Origin: Obrimoposthia wandeli
Taxonomy: Eukaryota
Reading direction: 5' to 3'
Assembly: GCA_977020255.1 (NCBI GenBank)
Contig: CDROCS010004529.1
Location: 1 to 64,000, forward strand
DNA length: 64,000 nucleotides
Within the stretch, counting starts at the first letter, position 1. Every line of letters starts with the position of its first letter. Positions 21,743 to 32,572 of the stretch are shown here, one piece after another. The position numbers and the translations under genes are program-made. The notes below the pieces were generated by a model. It was given only the letters and a program-made list of their open reading frames with translations, was not told the DNA's origin and searched no databases.

Positions 21743-22897
21743 TCATTGATCATGTTCTCCAATATTTTTAGGAGCGTTCTCGAGTACTACTTTTAAACGA
21801 TGAGCAGTATCATCTAACATTTTTTCAACAGTAAATTCACAGCTTATTCGATACCTATTTTTCAGTGCTATATCAGTTCTTTTTTGGCTCGCTAAATTTA
21901 CCACCGCCTTTGCCATAGCATTATCATCATCAGGTGCTACTATGACACCGCAATCACCTAATATGTATTTTGCATCACCAACATCTGTTGCAATGCAAGG
22001 AACACCGCAAGACATAGCTTCAGCAAGAGCGTTAGAAAAACCTTCCCCATAACAAGAAGCAGAGCAAAACATATCAATAGCACTGTATACTGCCGGCATA
22101 TTAGTCTGAATATCCGCAAAAATGATGCATTCATCCAGCGCTAACAATTGAATTTGCTGTACTAATTCTACTTTATATTCAATACTGCCAACACCGACAA
22201 AAACCACCCGTAAATTAGGTATGTATTCTCGCACTTTCACTACGGTTTTTAGGAACTCTAGCTGGTTTTTCATTTTTTCTAAACGACCAATCAAACCTAC
22301 TAAATACTGATCATCACTCACTTGCCAAAGCTTACGAAACTGATCTCTTAAACCTTTATTGTAGCTGAAGTATTCACTATCAATACCATTACCGATCACT
22401 GACATTCTTTCTTTACAGAAACCTTGAGCTACAGCATCACTCATTCCTGCATGGGAGTTTGAGATTGCCGCATCACAATATTTCGCTAGGACACCCTCCA
22501 GTTTATAGATTAAATTAGATAACCAGTCATTAGCGGTAAAATCTAATTTTGTAGCCCTCACCCCCCAAACAACAGGGGTTTTTGGGAGTATAAACTTAAC
22601 TAATAATGACAAAATATTTGCCACTGACATATAGCTATAAATTAATGCAGGGTGTTCATTTTTAAGTACTTTTACAAAGCGTATAACAAAAAATATCAAA
22701 TCCCAACGGCCTTTTTTGTTTAGACTAATCAAGCGTATATTGGAGTGCGCCAAAGATTGTTCATAAAACCCATCTGCATAGAAAGTAAGTACGACTACTT
22801 CAAATTCCCGGTCCGCTAAACCTTTTGCAGCGAGTAGCAGTTGACGCTCAGCACCACCTGCATTAAGAGAGCGTATAAAAAAAATAATTTTATGCAT
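21743..22897 (-). CDS. Glycosyltransferase family 4
   Basis: SLNAGGAERQ, IGRLEKMK, EGFSNALAEAMSCG. Confidence 0.9.
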   Translation of the reverse strand: MHKIIFFIRSLNAGGAERQLLLAAKGLADREFEVVVLTFYADGFYEQSLAHSNIRLISLNKKGRWDLIFFVIRFVKVLKNEHPALIYSYMSVANILSLLVKFILPKTPVVWGVRATKLDFTANDWLSNLIYKLEGVLAKYCDAAISNSHAGMSDAVAQGFCKERMSVIGNGIDSEYFSYNKGLRDQFRKLWQVSDDQYLVGLIGRLEKMKNQLEFLKTVVKVREYIPNLRVVFVGVGSIEYKVELVQQIQLLALDECIIFADIQTNMPAVYSAIDMFCSASCYGEGFSNALAEAMSCGVPCIATDVGDAKYILGDCGVIVAPDDDNAMAKAVVNLASQKRTDIALKNRYRISCEFTVEKMLDDTAHRLKVVLENAPKNIGEHDQ

Positions 22898-22918
22898 ATA
22901 TAATTACAATTTTTCGTC

Positions 22919-23629
22919 TTAATTTGACTTTTTACAAACAGCATAAATATTAGGTTGAGCGATTGCCGCTCCAAAACGTCCTAAAATATACCTTATGCAT
23001 GATTTTAAAAAATTCTTCGTGCCTTTTCTTTGCCAATCAGGGAAGCATCGAGAAATTATTCTTAAAGTCGTAAAATCTTTATTTTCTATTAGATTTTGTA
23101 ATGTTTCTATAGTAAATGATTGTTTATGTCCCCAACGGTGGTTACGCTCAGAACAATTAGCGCACACAACAACACTATCGTTTAAACGCTCTTCAAAAGG
23201 AACTGTAATAAACAACAACCCATTCAGTTTAAGAACCCTATGTATCTCTGAAAAAGATTTATCTGCTATTGAAACATCTAAATGCTCCAACACTTCAGAC
23301 ATAACAACGACATCAAATAATCCACTGGAAAATGGAATAGCGTCACTGTAACCAACTTGCGCTTTTTCGCTCAGTTGGTATTCACTTTTAACAGTTTCAA
23401 TTGCTCTTTCATTTGGATCTAACGAATAAATATCGATGTTCTTTTTTAAAGCTTCTCGTTCCAATATCCCCCCCCCTATACCTATATTTAATACAGTTAA
23501 TCCGCTACTTATTTGAGAAACTAGATAACGCAATCTAGGTAAACTTGCATCGAATGCATCTACACCTTCGTTTTGAAAGTAATCCCAAATTACTTCCTGC
23601 TCAGTAGAAGCCTTTTTTTCATCTGTCAT
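22919..23629 (-). CDS. Class I SAM-dependent methyltransferase
   Basis: VLNIGIGGG motif I, FDVVVMSEVLEHL, GLLFITVP. Confidence 0.85.
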   Translation of the reverse strand: MTDEKKASTEQEVIWDYFQNEGVDAFDASLPRLRYLVSQISSGLTVLNIGIGGGILEREALKKNIDIYSLDPNERAIETVKSEYQLSEKAQVGYSDAIPFSSGLFDVVVMSEVLEHLDVSIADKSFSEIHRVLKLNGLLFITVPFEERLNDSVVVCANCSERNHRWGHKQSFTIETLQNLIENKDFTTLRIISRCFPDWQRKGTKNFLKSCIRYILGRFGAAIAQPNIYAVCKKSN

Positions 23630-24936
23630 TATTTTGACCTTTTATTAAATTGCAATCTATACAAATAAAAGTAGATTAAACCACAAGATACCGCGTAAAC
23701 GATAACTGTGGAGATTGCAATTCCAGCAGTTCCAAAGTATTGCATTAAGATATAGTTTCCGAGAATGTTCGTGAGTAAATTAATTAAGGAAACCTTAAAG
23801 ATAATATAATTACCTTGAAGTGCATTTAATAGCTTAACGCCGACCATCCCTAATATGTAAAATGGAATCTGAAATACAAGTACCGCTTGTATCTGGCTTA
23901 CTACAAGTGTGTTTTGATAACCAAATCCCCCCCTTTCAAATACAAAACTCACCACTTCCCTCGCGTAGATAAACAACACAATAACAATAGGAAAACTACA
24001 ACCGATGATTAAAAAAACGTACACTTTTAAGCTAACATAAATATTATTCCAATCGTTCTTAGCTACAAGACCTGAAAAGTGGGGTAAAATCACACTACTC
24101 ACTGCAAACCCTGCTGTAGCCAAGACAAAGCCTGTTAGTTTGTTTGCATAGCTTAAAGTAGCAACATTACCCGCACCTAATGTCGCCGCCATTGTTTGAT
24201 CTACCAACAACGTACTTCCCATCAGTAAGCTACTAAGCAATATAGTTCTATAATTTAATGCACTTTGCTTGAGCATACCCGAAGCCCCATACCAACGGGG
24301 AATAATTGCATCACTTTTTCGAGCAGAAAACCAGAGTATAACAAGCTCTAATAATGCACCACTAACAACACCAACCACCAGCAATTCAACTTTAGGTTCA
24401 CTGGAATTTAGCAACAATAACAAAGTGATACTTGGAGTAATAATAGGTGTTAAAGTGGTTATTTTAAACCTTTGATGGGCGTTTAATACTAAAACATAAA
24501 ATTGTGCTGAGCCAGATATCAATAGAACTGAAACCAGCCAATAGCTTAAATTCACCGCTGTTATTGTCACCTCAAAGCTAAAGTTATAGCTTATTTTAGC
24601 CAGCACATATTCTAATACTGCCCACAACAGCACACTCAATCCGAACAAAAAAATAACACTTAAATACATTGCTGAACAGAGTAATTCTCTGGCCTGCTTA
24701 AATTTTTTATTACTGCATAGCTTCATGTAATTGGGCATCAGTGCGCCATTGATTGCGCCACCGAAAATGTTAAATATGAAAAGCGGTAACATAAATGCAA
24801 GAATAAATGCATCTAAATGAGCGCTGCTACCAAAGTAATTAGCTATTGCTATTTCTTTACCCGCAACAAAGAAATTAGCTATGACAGCTAACAACACAAC
24901 GGACAACATTGAGGATAAAACTCTTTTCATGTTCAA
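23629..24936 (-). CDS. MurJ/MviN-like lipid-linked oligosaccharide flippase
   Basis: KEIAIANYFGSSAHLDAFILAFMLP N-terminal MurJ motif, LSYANKL, VSFVFERGGF; multiple TMs. Confidence 0.8.
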   Translation of the reverse strand: MNMKRVLSSMLSVVLLAVIANFFVAGKEIAIANYFGSSAHLDAFILAFMLPLFIFNIFGGAINGALMPNYMKLCSNKKFKQARELLCSAMYLSVIFLFGLSVLLWAVLEYVLAKISYNFSFEVTITAVNLSYWLVSVLLISGSAQFYVLVLNAHQRFKITTLTPIITPSITLLLLLNSSEPKVELLVVGVVSGALLELVILWFSARKSDAIIPRWYGASGMLKQSALNYRTILLSSLLMGSTLLVDQTMAATLGAGNVATLSYANKLTGFVLATAGFAVSSVILPHFSGLVAKNDWNNIYVSLKVYVFLIIGCSFPIVIVLFIYAREVVSFVFERGGFGYQNTLVVSQIQAVLVFQIPFYILGMVGVKLLNALQGNYIIFKVSLINLLTNILGNYILMQYFGTAGIAISTVIVYAVSCGLIYFYLYRLQFNKRSK

Positions 24937-25021
24937 AGAAACGCCTTTTTCTCTGATTTATTGAAATTTTTCAGAGTTTCAATATACATTCTTATCTGCC
25001 ACTTACCCTAATCACTCATTC

Positions 25022-26038
25022 CTAGAACTTATCAATGATCCAAGGCAACATTTCATCTAGCCCCTCCTTTAATTTATAACCAGGGTGGTAGTTTAGTTGA
25101 TCTTTTATTCGATAAATATCTGCTTGTGAGTGCTGAATATCTCCCTTTCTAAATTCTAGATGTATAGGATTTTTACTATAAAAAATAGACTTTTTAGCGA
25201 GGCTATCCACCATTTCACTATACAATTCTAACAGTGAGGTTCGCTCACCTAAAGCAACGTTATAAATTTTATTGAGCGCATCAGGTTTAGCTGTTGCAGC
25301 GAGAATATTGGCTTGAACGACATTATCGATAAAACAAAAGTCACGACTTGTTTGGCCATCACCATTTATCATAATGTCATCATCTTTTAACATAGCGCAG
25401 ATCCACTTAGGGATAACTGCCGCATATGCACCCGCTGGATTTTGGCGTTTACCAAAAACGTTAAAATAGCGTAGCCCTATGCTATTAAACTGATAACTCT
25501 TATAAAAAACATCAGCGTAAAGCTCATTAACATATTTAGTAACAGCGTAAGGAGATAAAGGTTTCCCTATGATATCTTCACGTCGTGGCTGAGCTGGGTG
25601 GTCTCCATATGTAGAACTTGAAGCGGCATAAACAAAATTCTCTACCTTTGCCTGCCTCGCTGTATCTAACACGTTCAGAAAGCCTGTAATGTTAGCTGCA
25701 TTTGTTAACAAAGGCTTGTCTAACGAGCGCGGAATTGAGCCTAAGGCTGCTTGATGAAGTACATAGTCAATATTTTGCATAACTTGCTCACACTGCGTCA
25801 CATCACCGATATCTCCTTCTACAAACTCAAAGTTTCTCCACTGTATCTCACTCACTACTGCCTCAACTTCGGTCAGGTTACTCATAAAACCTGTAGACAA
25901 GTTATCTAAACCTACTACTTTTTGATTTAATTTAAGCAGCTCTTCGAGCAGATTAGAGCCTATAAAACCTGCAACCCCGGTAATTAACCAGCGTTTTGGC
26001 TGGGCAAGCAATCTCTTTTTAACTATGTTGTAATGCAA
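25022..26038 (-). CDS. wbpP: UDP-GlcNAc(A) C4-epimerase (WbpP/TviC family)
   Basis: [58 protein letters not shown]. Confidence 0.9.
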   Translation of the reverse strand: MHYNIVKKRLLAQPKRWLITGVAGFIGSNLLEELLKLNQKVVGLDNLSTGFMSNLTEVEAVVSEIQWRNFEFVEGDIGDVTQCEQVMQNIDYVLHQAALGSIPRSLDKPLLTNAANITGFLNVLDTARQAKVENFVYAASSSTYGDHPAQPRREDIIGKPLSPYAVTKYVNELYADVFYKSYQFNSIGLRYFNVFGKRQNPAGAYAAVIPKWICAMLKDDDIMINGDGQTSRDFCFIDNVVQANILAATAKPDALNKIYNVALGERTSLLELYSEMVDSLAKKSIFYSKNPIHLEFRKGDIQHSQADIYRIKDQLNYHPGYKLKEGLDEMLPWIIDKF

Positions 26039-26283
26039 TATAAACCCCTTAGCGGCTGTATTGACGAATCGATTGTTAATATTTATTGCAAAGATGACAA
26101 TAACTTAGCATTTGATGAACTTAATGCACTGGTAACGAACAAAAAATACGCTATGTAAAAGAAGCTGCTATTAGCGTAGCTATTTTAATATAACTAAAAT
26201 TAATTTAGCTTTACAACATAAGATCGTCGTTTATTAAAGCATTTATACCAAATTCATTTACGTTCATCACGAAAAACCTTATA

Positions 26284-27558
26284 TCACAGCCTTATCGTAG
26301 AAGACTCTTTATCCAATACATACTTTAAATCATAAACAACATGTTTTTCTTTACAAAAACCATGTATTTGTTCTGCTTGCAGCTCTCTAAATTCATCATG
26401 AGCTACAGCTATCACTATTGCATCATATTCATCATTTTTAGGTTCACTTAAACTCAAGCCATATGAACGCTGTATCTCATTAGCATCGCACCAAGGATCT
26501 GTTATTTCAACCTCGATACCAAATTCAGTTAATTCGCGAACGATATCTATTACTCTAGTATTTCTTATATCTGGGCAGTTTTCTTTAAAAGCAAAACCCA
26601 TAATAAGCACTTTTGCACCTTGTACTTGAATCTTTTTCTTGAGCATCGCTTTAATTAATTGCGAAGCAACGTACTGCCCCATACCATCGTTTAATCTTCT
26701 ACCCGCCAATATCATCGCTGGATGGTAACCTACACTTTGTGCTTTATGGGTTAAATAATAGGGATCAACACCGATACAATGCCCTCCTACTAGGCCTGGT
26801 CTAAAGGGTAGAAAATTCCACTTACTTCCCGCCGCTTCTAATACTTCTAACGTATCTATTTCTAATTTATTGAAAATAATTGCTAACTCATTAACTAATG
26901 CAATATTTACATCTCGCTGAGTATTTTCAATAACTTTAGCAGCTTCCGCTACTTTAATAGACGATGCTTTATAAGTTCCTGCGGTAATAATTAAGTTGTA
27001 TACATAATCTACAAAATTTGCAGTTTCACTATTTGAGCCCGCCGTTATTTTTTTAATACTCGTGACCCTATGAACTTTGTCACCAGGATTTATTCGCTCA
27101 GGACTATAACCAATAAATAAATTTTTATTAAACTCTAAACCAGATATTTTTTCTAGAATTGGTACGCACACTTCTTCAGTTGTGCCGGGGTAAACCGTAG
27201 ATTCGTAAACGACAACATCGTTTTTTCTTACCACTTTTCCAAGTAATGTACTCGCTTCTTTCAAAGGCGTTAAATCAGGCTGTTTACTTGCGTCTATGGG
27301 TGTTGGCACTGTCACTATATAAAAATTACAATCCACTAATTCATCAACTTCATGAGTCAGTGATAATCTATTTGCAGATTCTAGCTCTTCACTACTGACT
27401 TCTAATGTAACATCTTGACCATTAGATAAATTTGAGATCCTTTCTTCATTAATATCAAAACCAATCGTTGTTATTTTTTTACCGAATTCTACCGCTAATG
27501 GTAAACCAACATACCCCAAACCTATGACTGCAATTTTAATATCTGCTAGTTCTAACAT
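26284..27558 (-). CDS. wbpO: UDP-N-acetylhexosamine 6-dehydrogenase (WbpO/TviB family)
   Basis: [48 protein letters not shown]. Confidence 0.92.
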   Translation of the reverse strand: MLELADIKIAVIGLGYVGLPLAVEFGKKITTIGFDINEERISNLSNGQDVTLEVSSEELESANRLSLTHEVDELVDCNFYIVTVPTPIDASKQPDLTPLKEASTLLGKVVRKNDVVVYESTVYPGTTEEVCVPILEKISGLEFNKNLFIGYSPERINPGDKVHRVTSIKKITAGSNSETANFVDYVYNLIITAGTYKASSIKVAEAAKVIENTQRDVNIALVNELAIIFNKLEIDTLEVLEAAGSKWNFLPFRPGLVGGHCIGVDPYYLTHKAQSVGYHPAMILAGRRLNDGMGQYVASQLIKAMLKKKIQVQGAKVLIMGFAFKENCPDIRNTRVIDIVRELTEFGIEVEITDPWCDANEIQRSYGLSLSEPKNDEYDAIVIAVAHDEFRELQAEQIHGFCKEKHVVYDLKYVLDKESSTIRL

Positions 27559-28070
27559 TTAAACCTCACCAATAACTTATAAGTGCTCAATATTTCTTGT
27601 AGGCTAATTTACTTTCGAATCATTAACGTGTTTATTGTCTGATACATAAAAATTTAACATCAGAACTTCGACGCCACAGCTAGTCGAGTTAAATTTATTA
27701 CAAAAATTAAGGAAGTGTATACCAAGATAAAAAATCATAGAATCAACTCTAAGTTAAAACCATATTTTTCAAAGATATTAGCAGCTTATACAAGTGCAGC
27801 ATTGCATTTTAATTCTATTATATAAAAACATAGCACTAATAACATGCACCATAGAAGCAACTTCGCTTTATCAACTTCAATTTATGCCTCTACAGCCCAA
27901 ATAAAGTTATTTTAGCGGCCTTAAAATTTGCATATATTAGCAGCCACAGTAATAAAGCGTTACCTTTTAAAGGTTTGAAATTTAAAAAATTCGAATATAA
28001 AATTCTTGAATCAGCTTGTTATGCTATGCATACGCTCTGTTAAAAGAATCATAATTAGTAGCAGTTCAGA

Positions 28071-29192
28071 TTAATTCAACTTCACGGAGGCAAAGCTGGA
28101 TTCTCCGCTTGCAGCGCTGAGCACTTGATGTACCTGAGATTCTTGCACGAGATTGACTGATCTCATATCCATTTCTAAAGTACCAAAATCGAGGCGTGTG
28201 TCTGTCCACATGCCTGTACGGTCTTCTCGGGGAGAGAATCCAATATGCTTTCGATAACAACGGCTAAAATGAGGTGTCGAGACAAAACCACACGCAGAAG
28301 ATACTTCTATAATTGATAAAGTCGTTTGTTTTAATAATTGCCTCGCTCTATCTAATCGAAGCTTTAAATAATACCTCGAGGGTGTGCAATTTAAATAACG
28401 GTGAAATAATCGTTCTAACTGACGCCTAGAAACACTGACAAAGCTTGCCAGCTCATCTAAGTCTATCGGCTCTTCTATATTTGCTTCCATTAACTCTACT
28501 ATTTCTACTAATTTAGGCTGCGCAGTACTCAGAAGATGACGCAGTGGTACTTTTTGCTGATCTCCTTGTGAACGCACTCTATCGCATACAAACATGTCAG
28601 ATATAGCGCTGCATAATGCACGACCGTGATGCAAAGCAATAATATACAACATCATGTCCATCGGCGCTCCGCCACCTGAACAGGTAAGTCTATTTCTATC
28701 ATGGGTAAAAAGGCGTCGATTACATTTTACTTTCGGAAAAGCTTCTTGCAAAGGAGCGATATATTCCCAATGCGCACTGCATTCATATCCATCCATTAAT
28801 CCTGCATCAGCTAACAAGTAAGCTCCTGTGCAAATCCCACCTAATACAACTTTTTTAGCTGCTAAAGACTTGACCCAATTAATTTCTGCTTTAGTATATT
28901 TTTTTGAAACATTGATGCCACCAGCAACAATCAGCGTATCCAGAGGTGGCGCATTATGCATTGCAGCATCAACCTCTACTTTCATGCCATCACTAGCTTT
29001 CACACTTTTACCATCAGCATTTAATAAATACCAACTGTACAATTCTTTACCTGATAACTGATTTGCCATCCGTAATGGCTCAACTGCTGAGGCTAGCGCT
29101 ATCATGGAATAATCACCCAGCAGCAAAAAGCCAATACGTGAAGTTTTAACATTTGAGAAGGGATCTGCTGATATTGTAGCCTGTGTATCCAT
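28071..29192 (-). CDS. gbdR: GlxA-family AraC regulator, glycine-betaine responsive type
   Basis: IGFLL...LASAVEPLRMANQLSGKELY, GGICTG, and QPKL...MEANIEEPIDLDELA...SRRQLERLF HTH, close to Pseudomonas GbdR. Confidence 0.8.
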   Translation of the reverse strand: MDTQATISADPFSNVKTSRIGFLLLGDYSMIALASAVEPLRMANQLSGKELYSWYLLNADGKSVKASDGMKVEVDAAMHNAPPLDTLIVAGGINVSKKYTKAEINWVKSLAAKKVVLGGICTGAYLLADAGLMDGYECSAHWEYIAPLQEAFPKVKCNRRLFTHDRNRLTCSGGGAPMDMMLYIIALHHGRALCSAISDMFVCDRVRSQGDQQKVPLRHLLSTAQPKLVEIVELMEANIEEPIDLDELASFVSVSRRQLERLFHRYLNCTPSRYYLKLRLDRARQLLKQTTLSIIEVSSACGFVSTPHFSRCYRKHIGFSPREDRTGMWTDTRLDFGTLEMDMRSVNLVQESQVHQVLSAASGESSFASVKLN

Positions 29193-29536
29193 GTTGGTTT
29201 CCTATCAGCAGCTGATGTTTAAAACAGCTGTCTGTTTCATTGTTTTTATAGCAATCAATTAAGAACATGATAATTAGCTAAGAGACTCATCGACATAAAA
29301 CCAATTAAAGCTCTCTATTTCACTACTTATCATGCTTGCTAGAATACTACTAAAAACCCAACACAATTAGTTAAAAGCGACGCCCTTATACTTACATGTT
29401 TCGCGCTTCACACTCGCGCTATAAAACACTGACATTCTGTTAATTCAGCAACACAACATTCCTAAATTTTCAGAGTTAAGTGCCTTCAATTTAAAAAGCC
29501 TCTAGTTAACAGCTTTGTTACCTCACTTAAAAAGCT

Positions 29537-32098
29537 TTAATCTTTATTTTCCTCATTATCCCCAAGCTCGTCATAACTTTTGGGGCCTTCATCAATACTG
29601 CTAACCCACTCTCCTTCTATTGACTCTTTACCTTCACTGATATTATCCATCATTATTGATGCTGAATCGGGGAGTATGTCAACGACAGCTGCTGCAACAT
29701 CTGAGATATTTTCTGGAGCAGCTTCAGACAAACGCTGCACCAAATCAATGGCCACATCCGTATTAATGGCAGCCTGATGCGCTTTATCCATTTTAGAATC
29801 CGAGCTGTTTGGCAAAATCTCTTCGGATTCATCGTGCCAGCTATTGATAACTTCAGTGGCAATCGCCCCAGCACTTTCAGGCACCGCTTCTGCAACAGCT
29901 GCTGCTACATCTAGATAATTTTCAGGTGCTGCTTCTGTTAAAATCTGCACCAAATCTATCGCTGCATCTGTCTCATATGCCTCTTGCAACATTTGATCAA
30001 GTTCTGAATCCACATCTTGATTATCTTGTATTAACGGTGCCTCTAATTCATCTACATGATCTGTAATATTAGCCGCTAACTCAGATGCCACTAACCCTGC
30101 AGAGTCGGGAATACTTTCTACTACTGCTACCGCAAGCTCTACAGCACTTTCTGGCACCGCTTCAGTTAAGCGCTGCAATAAATGAAGTGCGGCATCAGCC
30201 TCCTCATTTTCACTACTTACATCATCAGAGGATGTTATTTGAGCTAAAGCATCCGATTGCACAATATTTTCAGCGAACTCTGTTGCTAAGGATACTGCGG
30301 TATCTGGCATAGCTTCTGCCATTGTGACTGCTACATCCAATGCTTGCTCAGGAGAAGCATCCCAAAGCTCACTAGCTATTTCTAACATATCTTGCTCACT
30401 GGTATCTTCTGCTTCATCAGCAGGACGCAGTGCTTCACGCTCATCCGCAACTACTTTTGCATAGTACTCAGCCACTTGCAATGCTGAGTTCGGTGCAGAT
30501 TCAACTGCTATTTTAGCCATCGATACACGTAATTCAGGATAGGCATGGCCCAATTCTGCTGCCACAGATACCACTTGATTAGGATGTGATTCAGCTAACT
30601 TTTTAACTAACTCATAAGCCAAAGCTGGTTGAACCGCAACAATTTCACGCGTTATTTCCATAATACGATAAGGCAATGCCTCACGCATCACTTCATACAA
30701 TCTTAGTACATCTATGTTTTTCACTGTAGCAAGTGCGCATGCCAATTCTACTGCACGCTCAGGCTGGCTTATTGAAATGGCGCGTACCATATTTACCGCA
30801 GCACCTTGATCATTTTGAGCGATTTCGATGGCTGTTTGCGCTTCACTACTCAACTGGTGCACTACTGGTATATATTCCGTTCGCGGATCTAAATCTACCA
30901 TTGCAGCAATTGCAGCACCTTGCATGACAAAGTTTTCTTGTTTGGCTATTGGTAACGCTTTACTGACACTCATACGATACAAAACGAATAGCGCTAAAGC
31001 CATTTGTACCACAGCTAAGAAATAAAATAGTGAGTTGTTACCGAACACCTCCATCACCATCGAAGCGGAATACGGGCCTAACACCCCTCCTAAAGAAAAA
31101 CCTAAAATCATACTACCCATCGCTGAAACCATTTCATTTTGACGTAGCTTATCAAAAGTTTCAGAAATACTCAGAGGATAGAGACAAGCGATGATGCCTG
31201 TGGTTACACCTGTGGCAAGAAAAAGCGCCCATTCCAATTGAAACGAAGCGGCAACGGTGGCTGCTAATCCAATACCTGATGAAATCAATAATAAGAAAAA
31301 TATCACTGATCGGCGATCAAACTTGTCAGACAAATAACCCACAGGAAACTGTAAAACAAAAGCCCCTAAAATAGCTGCCCCCATATACAGTGTGAGTTGG
31401 AAATCTACTATATTGTTATATTTCGCAAAGACTGGCAGCATGTTAAAAAGTGCAGCATAGATAAGCCCTCCTACAACACAACAGGCAACACCTAAAGGTG
31501 ATTTTTTAATAAGCGAAAAAATTGACATAGGCGCAACATCTTCGATTACTGGCCCTGTATTGCGCCCTAAGGCGATTGGAATAACCGCTAGGCACAACAG
31601 TATCCCGCCGATAATAAACAAAGTATTTTCACTAGGTGACGCGATATTTAGAATAAATTGCCCTGCAAATAAACCACTCAACACTACTGCGTTATAAGCG
31701 GCTAATACTTTGCCACGGCTCTCTTTGGTTGAGCTATCACTTAACCAGCTTTCCATTGCGGTATACGCACAAGCGTTACAAAACCCAAGCGCTATACGCA
31801 TAGCTCCCCACAAAATAGGATCAGCTTCAAAACTACAGAGCAAAATGCTAACAGCTCCCAATGCAACAACACCTGCAAAAACGCGTACATGACCTACCCG
31901 TTTAATCAAAAATTTACTATAAACAGCTCCTACTAACATACCCACATAATATAAAGACAGCACTAATCCAATAGTGCCAGTATCAATACCTCCAAGCTCC
32001 ATCTTCACAGGCAGTAAGACGTTAACTAAGCCATTACCCATCATCAGGATAAAACAGCTAGCAAAAAGTGATATTAAAGAAAGCAGTGTTGCGCCCAT
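29537..32098 (-). CDS. MFS transporter (YcaD-like) fused to a ~440-aa acidic helical-repeat C-terminal domain
   Basis: About 12 TMs with RVGHVRVF, ESWL and QFPVGYLSDKFDRR, ending at DPRTEY (~30872). The frame continues through Pro-punctuated repeats. The start is reassigned to the ATG at 32098. Confidence 0.85.
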   Translation of the reverse strand: MGATLLSLISLFASCFILMMGNGLVNVLLPVKMELGGIDTGTIGLVLSLYYVGMLVGAVYSKFLIKRVGHVRVFAGVVALGAVSILLCSFEADPILWGAMRIALGFCNACAYTAMESWLSDSSTKESRGKVLAAYNAVVLSGLFAGQFILNIASPSENTLFIIGGILLCLAVIPIALGRNTGPVIEDVAPMSIFSLIKKSPLGVACCVVGGLIYAALFNMLPVFAKYNNIVDFQLTLYMGAAILGAFVLQFPVGYLSDKFDRRSVIFFLLLISSGIGLAATVAASFQLEWALFLATGVTTGIIACLYPLSISETFDKLRQNEMVSAMGSMILGFSLGGVLGPYSASMVMEVFGNNSLFYFLAVVQMALALFVLYRMSVSKALPIAKQENFVMQGAAIAAMVDLDPRTEYIPVVHQLSSEAQTAIEIAQNDQGAAVNMVRAISISQPERAVELACALATVKNIDVLRLYEVMREALPYRIMEITREIVAVQPALAYELVKKLAESHPNQVVSVAAELGHAYPELRVSMAKIAVESAPNSALQVAEYYAKVVADEREALRPADEAEDTSEQDMLEIASELWDASPEQALDVAVTMAEAMPDTAVSLATEFAENIVQSDALAQITSSDDVSSENEEADAALHLLQRLTEAVPESAVELAVAVVESIPDSAGLVASELAANITDHVDELEAPLIQDNQDVDSELDQMLQEAYETDAAIDLVQILTEAAPENYLDVAAAVAEAVPESAGAIATEVINSWHDESEEILPNSSDSKMDKAHQAAINTDVAIDLVQRLSEAAPENISDVAAAVVDILPDSASIMMDNISEGKESIEGEWVSSIDEGPKSYDELGDNEENKD

Positions 32099-32572
32099 AT
32101 CGATTGATCTCAAAGAATATTATTTAGGTAGTAAGGACTTTGGCAAATAAAGATTATTTACCTCGAATAAAAAGTATTTATATTTGTAAGAGAGCAGGTT
32201 CGCAATGCTAGTTCTGCGATTTTCTTTCGACTTACGCCTTTATAGGTATAGCACAAGATAAATCATTTAACTGCTAGCACTGAGTAATCAAATACAACTT
32301 ACTGGATTTAAACTGTCATTAATATATTTTCATACTGGTGTTGAGCAATCCCACCGCTATAATTATTATGAGTGCAAAGTAGCATTGCTAAAAGCCGATA
32401 ATATACAAACTTTTTCAATAGTAAATGCTACTAAACGACAAAATGTAAAAAAAACTCAATTTAAGAATAATTGCGTTATAATTCTCGTTTTTTAAGGCAC
32501 TATTCAAGTTTAAAACTGCAGCCTAGATCAAACTCAAAACAAATATTTTGTACATCAGTTTAAGGAATAAGA

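Noticed and set aside
27559-28070. JUMPstart/ops (RfaH) element upstream of the glycan cluster
   Set aside because: No GGCGGTAG match on the coding strand here or in the 26039-26283 gap.
29300-32450. GbdR-binding boxes upstream of gbdR or the MFS gene (GTCGC/CGAC-like words)
   Set aside because: Only short partial matches that do not align consistently with each other.
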